The translations under genes were made by a program, and so were the position numbers. A stretch of DNA of 59,929 bases, filler included, from Sphacelaria rigidula (taxonomy: Eukaryota), in NCBI GenBank assembly GCA_964200075.2. It is 4 parts of 4 records of this genome, joined end to end, with 100 filler letters (N's around TTAATTAATTAA, not from the genome) between each part and the next. Parts side by side here need not be neighbours in the genome. Positions count along the whole stretch, not along the records: positions 45,025 to 59,929 come from CAXNAA020001995.1; 3 more parts are not named here. One strand, given 5' to 3'. Below the pieces are notes generated by a model. It did not search any database. It was not told the DNA's origin and saw nothing but the letters and a program-made list of their open reading frames with translations. Below are positions 51,026 to 59,929 of this stretch, in pieces; position 1 is the first letter of the stretch, and the number at the start of each line of letters is the position of its first letter.

Positions 51026-51822
51026 CCCTAACCCCAACCCTAATCACGACCCTGACCACGATCAAGGTATACGAATAGCCTCGGGCAAGGGGATTGCAAA
51101 AGTTCCTCTATCGTGGACAAAGCGTGCGTTGGCACATCTCAAATTGCGCGGCGCAGATTTAGACAAGAACACGTTCTGGACGAGCTAGGAGCACCTGCAA
51201 GTGTAAGCCCCTGTAAAGATCCGAATATAGTTGTGAACTCTTCACGCTTTGATCGCGGGCATGTGTCACCTGTCGATCCAGGCCCTGTCTTAGCACACGA
51301 GTTTTCGATCGAAAATGTGCTGTGGAAAGCAAAAATCCCGATCTGATGGGTCGTACTTTCAACCATCTTCAAAATTAACGACGATGGTTGAAATTATACG
51401 GCAAATCAGATCAGGTTTTTTTTTCTCCACCGCACTTTTTCGATCCAACACCCATGTGCTAAGACAGGGCCTCAGCATCAACTTTACATAAAGAATGAAT
51501 GCACACGGTAGCCAGATGACCTCACCTCGCGGGCATGGGATTAAATTGGTTCACCAACAAAATCAAGAAAATATTTTACGGCCAATGCGTCAGCTCTACT
51601 GAATTCACGTCTCCCGTACAAGCTGAACCAGCCTGAATTACGTTTTCGCGCTAGAACAGATGTGCACAGCCTATTTGCGATCGGGGCCGCGCGATTTGAG
51701 GCCTGCCAACGCAGGCTTTGCCTACGATAGAGGAGCCTTTGCACACCCCTTGCCAGAGACTTCTCGTGTGCGTTGGTCGGGGTCTGGGTCTGGGTCAGGG
51801 TCGTTATCAGGGTTAGGGTTAG
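51026..51822. mobile_element. fold-back element with telomere-like termini and a nested MITE (51280-51472)
   Basis: left CCCTAACCCCAACCCTAA, right GGGTTAGGGTTAG; ~140-bp imperfect inverted arms; nested perfect 18-bp TIR AGGCCCTGTCTTAGCACA; solo left arms at 50614-50740 and 56667-56820. Confidence 0.7.
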
Positions 51823-52235
51823 TTAGAAGGCTGAAATAATGAGAAAATACTTGTATCAAGACTTACGAAGGTACGGAAAGTAGCCAAGAAGGAAAAATAT
51901 GCAGCAAAAAAAGAGAAGCCATACTTGAAACAAATGTACATTCATACCCTTAGCTATTGCGATGCGATTTTGCGTGTCAACGCCGAGATCACACGTGTAA
52001 AAGTTTAACCCCAAACTCCTCAAAATTGAGCCGTGCAATATACTTCTCGGGTGGCACTTGCTTTTCTTCGTCTGACTCTTATAAGAGACTTCCATGAGGG
52101 CGGAAGATCACGAGTTCGAATCCCGACGAAGTCAAATTTTCTTCTGTTTGGTGTTAAACTCAAGCAACAAGTCGAATCAATCATCAGTCAGCCACGAGTG
52201 TTTGTTGTTGCCATGTCGCACTGTTGATCCATTAG

Positions 52236-52391
52236 GGATCCTCTCCCTCCGTCCCCAGGCCAGACGCGTCGTTGTTTCAAACTCCGAAGAAGAAAAAAGA
52301 TGAGAACGGAAAACCGACGGCAACCGTTTTCACGGCGGAAGGCCACAGAAGAATCCACCAGCATACGAGCTGGGCCGACCTAGACGCAGAT
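52236..52391 (+). CDS. possible orphan exon (…FQTPKKKKDENGKPTATVFTAEGHRRIHQHTSWADLDAD)
   Basis: open frame ending at a GTAAGC donor; acceptor ambiguous (52235 or 52258); no partner exon found. Confidence 0.3.
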
Positions 52392-54304
52392 GTAAGCTCT
52401 CGAAGCTATATCTCATTGGCACAGTCGAGTTCGATCGTGATCCGCCTTTCGTATTAATCGTCTGATCAAGAGGAAGGTGTCCATCCTCTCAAAAGTCTGG
52501 ACCAATTTGTTCTCGTTGATAAAAATTAAACCTCACCACGTCTAGTTATTCCTATACCGTACGGAGATAGCGTCCATACTAAAGTCTGAGCGAAACCCCG
52601 CACGATGTGTGTAGCGGATGATGACGGTTTTTGGTGTGGACATTCCCTGGAGCACGGGGAGACGATTCATACCTCACCTTCGCCTGATTCGCCATCCATC
52701 TCGACATTTGGCGCACATAAGTTTTCATACTAAAATCAACATATTTCGAGCAGAGGCACTAAATGTACCAAATCTGGATATTGCGTCTCATTTTTTGAAA
52801 GCTGTGCTTTGAAATTTTGTGAGGAGAAGCGCTGTTTCATGTTGAAAACAAAATCAGCTTTTCGTTTTCTTTAGGGAAGCTTTGAGGGAAAATGAACAAT
52901 GCTCTCGGACCTCTTGTCAGTTTTTCAGCTCAAAATGAAGAATTGTGATGTAAACCTTGTCATGGAGAATCGCAAAGGCATGCCGAAGATGGAAGAAAAA
53001 ATCGGCCTTCATTTTTTTTTTGGAGTTGGGGACGTTCTCGTGAAAATATGGTCTTCTCTATACTGAAACGTCCTGAACACGTGAAAAATATAGTAAAGAC
53101 CACCCCTTGCCACTTTTTTGGTTCATTATGACCTTGCGAGATCCTACACAAAATTTGAATACTACGTAGTAACAAGTACCAAACATCGGCCGGTGAGTGG
53201 CCTGTAAAGTACTGTTCCGAATTTCTACCGCCCTGGTTTTCAAAAGGGCGATTCGTAATTTTATACTCAGAGTTGAACCCTATATTCGGTTTGGGCAATC
53301 AATAGGGCATGGTCAAAAAAGGTGTGCATGGACCCAAATCGTTTTTTTTTCCTTCCTGAGTTGGAGACAATAATCAGTTTTCAAGCTTCAGTGAAGTGCC
53401 CTTCAATCTTAAAAAAAAAAAGTTTGGGTCTACTCATGCATATATATACTTTTATCGTGCCCTATTGATTGTCCGTTCGTATCCAATTTGAGGGTCCAAC
53501 TCTGAGTATTGAATTGCGAGTGGGCCTGCAAACTCCACATCCGCCTCTAGGCTGGCCCACCTCGAACGTCATGCGCACATAAAAAATGTCACTGGTCGGA
53601 TTAGCGGTGTCCAGTAAGGGACGCAACCGGTCAAGTTTGTTCAAGTTTGTGCACAGCCAAAATTAGCGCTTGCGTGCCTGAAGTCTATACAAACAACAAT
53701 CGGCACCACCTCTCTAATACCTATATATACTGAGTCCCGTGCGGCACTGGGGCATATTTCAATACGGGTCTGAAAAACACGCCTCGGGCTACTAGTTTTT
53801 CGTGAAAGCTGTAAATACTCAACCATACGTTCTTCACATGAAGGGCACCTCGCGATGTACACTTTTCCGCTGCCAGTACCGGAAGGGTTAATAGGGCATC
53901 CTGATGAACTGAGAACATAATGTTGGTACTTGTACCTTCGACGGGTACCAGTTGCAATATGAGACTCAATTTTGACCTGAGTTTGTTGCCATAATGGAAT
54001 CTTGTTCTCAGTTATCTCGATTCCCTGTTATTATCAGAACCAACGACTTTACCTCGCTCCCACTTTTTCGTTCCCTTTTTTTTGAGGTGGGGGGGAGGGG
54101 AGAGGGAGTGCGAGGGGGGTAGGTGCGTTCCCGAGTGTTGGTTGACGTCTGGACGAATGAATACAAGCGGATTGTGTAGAATAGGGTAGAGTTCACACCC
54201 TAGACAAAATGTGGCACATAGTTTTAATAGGCGTAAACTTACGCAGTACAACACATGGTACCCCAATTTCGAAATGAGCACGGCTAAGTTGGGATTATTC
54301 TCGC

Positions 54305-54760
54305 GTATGCTCTTCGATAGAACTTGAACTTGCTAGCGTCGATAGATTTTGGTGAAATAAACAGATCGTGTTGCCCCCAAACTGACTAAGTTGATGCTAG
54401 TCGATATTATCGGGCGATACGAGTAGATACCCCGTTCATCAGGAGGGTGTTATTAACCGTGAACACAGTTATTCGGCTCTAGTGCAATAAGTAGGTAAAA
54501 TATAAAACAAGCCTTTTCATTTCTGCACAAATACGATCGGGACGGACTCGATCGACCAAAAATGCCGAAGAGTCGAAATTTGCGCTGAAAAGCGGCAGGA
54601 CCCCCGATGACCGGTCAGCCCGGAGGTGACTCAATATTGAGTACAGATGGGTTTTTTTCGTGGAATCTGGAGCGGATATTAGTGTCTTCAGGTCCCAAAT
54701 GTGAGGAGCGATGGCAAGCGAAAGAACCGAAGACAATCGCCAATTACGAAGAAATCACCA
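54305..54760 (+). repeat. dispersed repeat family A, copy 2
   Basis: collinear with 5195-5660. Confidence 0.8.
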
Positions 54761-55971
54761 AATTTCCCTCTTCGAACTTGGGGTACTGTTGTAACTATTG
54801 GCCACATATTTGTTCAGAGTGTGGTAGAGTTCAAGGATTCAGAACTTTTTCGGGCTCTCCGTACGCGAGGCCCGTTGTAGGCGCATGGACTATTCGGTAC
54901 ACCGAAAATATGCCGTCCTTTCGGCCTCTGTTTTTCTCGTGGTATTTCCTGGGCGTCTCTCTTTTATTATTTCAATTTGTGTTTTTTTTGCTTTGTGTTC
55001 GGAGTTTCAGAAGGAAGAAAGAGCGCTCCATCTCATGTAAGGAATAGCAGTGACGGTACTGGAGAGGCTAGCCTACGTCTGTGGCCACGGGCCCGAGAGT
55101 TCGGGCTAATGTGCGCAAGTAATGAGTACTAATAAATGGTGATTCGGCATCCGATAAGTACGCCGAGGACCCTTGGGTTGGTGTTCTTATGCCGTCTATT
55201 CTGGACGCCAGTCTACCCCTTTCGTAATATTTAGGCGCATCGGCTGGGGTCACACAGTACAGGGGAAAGGTCCACACAAGAGTTTTTTACTTTTTTATTC
55301 GTTTTAGTACTCGACCTTCCTTGTGAGACTCTTGCCTTTTTCTTTCCTCGACAAGGGCTTAGCGGTCCCTTTCCCTCGTCGACCGTGAAGTCTACTCTTG
55401 TGTACCCACGACACCATCGCTCCCCACCGTTCGACATGATCTGGGGTAGAATCCAAGATCGTGTCACGTGTTCACCGACATCCGTACCCGTATCCCAGCC
55501 TTCACAATATCACACCTTGTCCTTCTGAGGCTCTTGTCTTTGTATTTTCTTGGCGAGGGCTTAGCGGTCCCTTTTCCTCGTCGACCATGAAGTCCACTTT
55601 AGTGTACCCACGACGCAGTCGCTCCCAACTGTCTAGCATGGTGTGAGAAATAATCGAAGATCGTGTGACTTTTTCACCGAGATTCGTACCCACATCCCAA
55701 CCTTTTTTCTCATACCTTGGACAATAAATAGTCAAAAGTTGCATTTGACGAGAAATGTACTGCGTAAAGTATAGGCTTATTGCGACTATCGTCGCTATAT
55801 GTATATATATATTGTCGAAACTTGCAATGGACAAGAAATGTATTCCGTGAAGTATAGGCCTAATGTCGATCGACAAAAATTGCAATAGGCCTATACTTCA
55901 CGCGGTATATTTCTTATCTTTTGCATCTAATGACCATATATTGTCTGAGTTTTGGAATATTTCGAGGTTAC

Positions 55972-56179
55972 CAACTGAGCCACCGGGCCGGCTGGAAGGC
56001 ACTCGGTGCGTGTTGGGTGGTCAAAAGGCACCACGCGTCGAACAGCTCATGAGCTTCATGAAAAACAAGTGAAGGAGAACTATCAGATCCCTTGTCGAAG
56101 AACACAGCGTACGTAGGAGCGGCGTCCAAGGAGCCAAAGCACCACCCTTCGCGCGACTGCGCATGCTTGGCGTCCAGCT
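55972..56179 (-). CDS. probable orphan exon (ELDAKHAQSREGWCFGSLDAAPTYAVFFDKGSDSSPSLVFHEAHELFDAWCLLTTQHAPSAFQPARWLS)
   Basis: pyrimidine-rich acceptor ...CTCCTTACAG, donor GTAACC, open protein-like frame. Confidence 0.45.
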
Positions 56180-56536
56180 CTGTAAGGAGCAAGTATGGAA
56201 AAAGGAGAGCTAGCTTATGAAGGATACCTGCAGCTTTGGGTCACAAAAGTTAGTCGCTGGTTCGATTCCCGTCGGACGCACTTTCTTTGAAGAGGAGGAA
56301 ACCCTACCTCCGGTAATAAAAGAGGGTGATGGGGGAGAGTCTAATCCCCGAGTTGACTGCTATAGGGACCCCAGTGCACACTCTGGAATTGAGTGGGGGA
56401 GACGAGTAACTCCAAATGGACGCGTGTGGCAAGATTAGACCGATACCGTGAGCGCGAACAGTTGAACAGCGCTGGCAGGGGGAGTCGCCCTCCTCGGAGT
56501 GAAAGTGACGGGGATCGGGCCCCCACGACTAACTTT

Positions 56537-56624
56537 TGTGACGATTTATAGGCAACCGATTAGACTACCGTACAGTCAGCGCTGACTGTACGGTAGTCTA
56601 ATCGGTTGCCTATAAATCGTCACA
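56537..56624. repeat. perfect 88-bp palindrome (44-bp arms, no spacer)
   Basis: TGTGACGATTTATAGGCAACCGATTAGACTACCGTACAGTCAGC followed directly by its exact reverse complement; centre between 56580 and 56581. Confidence 0.97.
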
Positions 56625-58973
56625 GGACGTTTATCTATGGCTGATTGTTTTCGAACATACTAGAAATAACGCTAACCCTATTCCTAACCCCGACCTAAGG
56701 CGTACGAGACCCTCGGGCAAGGGGGGTGCATAGGTACCCCCAGGCAAAGTGTGCGTTGTTAGACCTCAAATCGATGCCGGCGGCGTCGATATCGACAAAA
56801 ACACGTTCCGGACGAGCTGCGCCCACTGCTCACCTGCCCCAAACCATTAATTTTGTCAAAATTTTGTCAGAATTTTCTCTGATCTAAAAATCAAGTATTC
56901 ATGCTGTCAACCATAGATTTACGCCCAAAGCTGTAGGTTAACTGAGCTTATGATCCGGATCCGTATACTAGCAAGAAGGAGGTTTCGGGTAGTTTATGAG
57001 GTGTCCAGCGTGTGAAAGTTAGCCCTCTACTTCAATTACAGCGAGCGCCACCACTCGAGCACTTGGCACTTGAGAAGTTGAGCCTCAAGGTTGTCAAAAT
57101 ATAGGAGAACGTGAGCACAAATTGTATAATACCTAAACAAGAATATTTCTAGTTTTTTTTTTGTCCTTATTTTTTGTTCCGTTTTTTTTTCCTCTTCCTA
57201 GTCTACTCGTTTTTTTGTTTGTTTCTCTGTTTGAATTTTTTCTGCTTTTCTTCACTTTTCTTACCGTGTTTCCGTTTTGTTTTGTCTCGGGGTACGTCTA
57301 TCATGTGGATAATGACCACAGCTGGATCATGACTCCTGGGGAATCAGGTTAAGTGCAACTGTTGATCACATCAATCATTGAAGAACCCCCACACTAAAAC
57401 GTATATGGGAGCCGAGGTATCATTGCAAAGCTGGACCGACGGGTGCCAACATCAGTCATGCTGACTATATATGTTGCAGCGAGAAACACAAGAGTTTATG
57501 TGGCGCCCTGGAGTCGCCGGAGGATAGATACTGTTTAGCTTGTCAATCATGACCCTGGGTGGCGGTACTCTCCAACGGTGGTTCAGTTAAAGTACGTACC
57601 GAAGGGTACCCTACATTGTAAGGGAATATAGAGTACCCGGTGCACCAGGGTACACAGTTTTTCGACATTCCGAAAACAATCAGCATTCGGGGTGCCCAGG
57701 GTTTCGGCATCCCGAAATGCCTCACCCTGAACCTTATCCTACCCTACGTACGCGCCAGCACGTGAGGAACTCCCATGTTGGCTAAGGTACGCGCCTCATT
57801 TTCAGGGCACTTGACGTTACACCTCCCAGCGTTCGTTACACGTCACAAGTCAACCCAGGCTGGTACTACGGTGGGATACCACGTGGGGACCACGTGATCC
57901 GCCACCGCAGTACCCTAGGGTACTTGAGGTATTGGCAGTACTGAACAGGGTCCCTGTTGCTTACCCTACCCTAACCGCCTGCGTTGAGGTGGTTCGGGTA
58001 GGGTACGTACCCTCGGGGTACTCCGGAATCTCAGGGTATTGACTCCCTAATATACCGTACTCTGGATAGTGCCCTACCTCAACCGTTCCGTGCACTCCAA
58101 ACGATGTTTGACGTTTCATATCGGGCCTTGTTGATGGCAGCAGTGATGTTTGAGGACACTTGGATATATGAACGGACAACCCCGTGCTGAGAGGAGACGT
58201 GATGGACAGTGACTTTACCCCCGTAGGACGTAATTCTCTATTGAGGAACCAGCTTAGGTGACAAGCTGTCTGAGAGTGAGGGAAAACTCTTCGTGAAAGT
58301 CATGTAGGGGAGTCGAAGTCGGCGAAACCCTTCAGGACAATCGGGAAAATGTGTGCGCTCCACAAGACAGCTGTCTTGTTACACGCGATTGATGTTTGTT
58401 TCTTTTATATTTTTTCCTGGTCGGTTTCATGTCCGTGTTTCGTGTTTCGTTTATTTTCCCACATTTTTTTTTGTTTTTCTGTGGACAGCTGGTCATCTGT
58501 GGGTGGTCCCCCTCCCCCCTCTTGCGACCCTCCGTACACATGGCGGCGTGCTCGTCCCTGCTTTGTAGAGATGCGGTCAATGGTCATGTCACTACGGCAT
58601 GCAAAATCATGAGTACCCCGTTCCCTCCCCGGCGCCCCGCCCCCCCCTCCGTTCCCCTCCTATTCTCGCGCACAGCCACCCCCAGATTTGCCGGAGGGCA
58701 AAAATGCATTCAGCGAAAACAAAATTTTGGGCAGAGAACACTTGGGGCGATCTCAGTCGATGAATCGGGGGTCTGCAAGATCCGGCACCGGTTACTATTC
58801 CAAGGTTCGTGATGTTTTGGCATAATTTTTTTTATTGAGCGGGGGGTCTGGGGTCAAGCAGAGTTTTGTTTTTTTCTGCTCCAAGTACCACCTTATTTTT
58901 GCCATGATTTTCTGTAGTTTTTTTTTGTTTTTTGTCGCACGTTCGTTGTTTTTCCCATCCACTCGACGACAGG

Positions 58974-59512
58974 TCGGTAGAGAAACCAGGGAATGTTCCG
59001 GCGCTATTGCGTCATCCTACAATACCAGTTCTGGCGATGTATGCATGACTAAGTTCTGCATTGAAGTCTGTCTTACGCCGCAGGAGAAAACTATCGTGGG
59101 TGCTGCTCTGCCTAATTTGTTGCCGGGACAACGATATTCCTCGTTGGTCACGGGATCGATATATGTGACGATGTTATGACATGTTTCCGAGTTTGCCCGT
59201 TCTCTGGAGAACGCTCATTCTGAGCCTATCGAGCACGTCATGGCACAGCTGGGCGGTATGTTTGAACATACTGTCTCAGATCAAGACCATTCTGCGAATA
59301 AGAGAATGCAGCGGAAATGAGGGGTGGTGTGGAAGGTGAAGGTCAAGGATGCCTCCGAGTCGCCGCTCACAGACCGAGCATCCTCGTGCTTTTTTCTTGG
59401 ACAAGGCAGGCAGATCACCCCTCGCGCCGTTGTGCAAGATGTTTCGCTTACCGGCGTGGGCGATGACCTTCCCCGCGAGAATCACTCTTTCTACGATAGC
59501 CCCCCCCCCTAG
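58974..59512 (+). pseudogene. long exon-like frame interrupted by two in-frame TGA codons
   Basis: strong T-rich acceptor ending GACAG at 58973; one frame links ORFs 58835-59179 and 59324-59512 through HVSEFARSLENAHSEPIEHVMAQLGGMFEH. Confidence 0.4.
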
Positions 59513-59929
59513 AAGAAAAAAAAAGTGGCTGGTTTGGGGAGGCACAATTTTCACGTAAATCGAAATAAAAAAAAGCCGAGCACAACGAGCAGCTGGGGAT
59601 TGCACGTTTGGGTTTGCTTTCGCCAATGTCGCCCATAGGAGGCGCTTCATGCAGCCTAAATGAATTTTCTTCGTGACAGTTTTGGGCTGGTTCGGGGGGG
59701 AAGGGGTATGCCCATGATCTCGCATGTCATGATCATCTGACCATTGACCTCGCATCCCTACAAAGCCGGGACGGAGCACGCCGGATTTTCGCCGGACCAG
59801 GCTCGCAGTCAATCACCGAGAGCAAAGCGTCGTGGCTGGTTGCGGGGGGGGGGGGGGGGGGGGGGGCTACCGTAAAAAGACCCGAAAATGTTCAATTATG
59901 CTGCCCACCGGCGCCTTGGGGTGTTGGAT

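Noticed and set aside
34095..51822. Functional link between TELO2 and the nearby telomere-like repeats
   Set aside because: They are on different scaffolds, and Tel2 acts mainly as a PIKK co-chaperone; the proximity is an artefact of concatenation.
49520..52130. tRNA genes at ~49520-49585 and ~52050-52130 (GAGTTCGAATCCCGAC)
   Set aside because: B-box only, with no convincing cloverleaf; more likely SINE-like heads.

Overview
Eukaryotic, intron-rich, repeat-rich DNA. Gene style and TTAGGG-type repeats suggest a brown alga or another stramenopile, but this is inference only. The window is not one locus: three identical 100-nt artificial linkers (N44-TTAATTAATTAA-N44) split it into four pieces of 14909, 14909, 14906 and 14905 nt, which looks like size-sorted, probably unlinked scaffolds. 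Piece 1 (1-14909) holds two 42-bp tandem arrays, a hAT-type element with a perfect 8-bp target-site duplication (TSD), and a decayed multi-exon plus-strand gene with a weak KDZ-transposase-like motif. Piece 2 holds a minus-strand gene of at least 7 phase-consistent exons encoding an FBXL/AMN1-type LRR protein with C-terminal IQ-like motifs. Piece 3 holds a plus-strand TELO2/Tel2 gene that is 3'-incomplete, divergent from a small spliced coiled-coil/transmembrane gene. Piece 4 is mostly MITE- and SINE-like repeats, with a telomere-repeat-capped fold-back element, a perfect 88-bp palindrome on a tRNA-derived head, and a few orphan or decayed exons. I found no CRISPR array, rRNA or intact tRNA, and no clearly demonstrable new system; the best leads are listed as findings.
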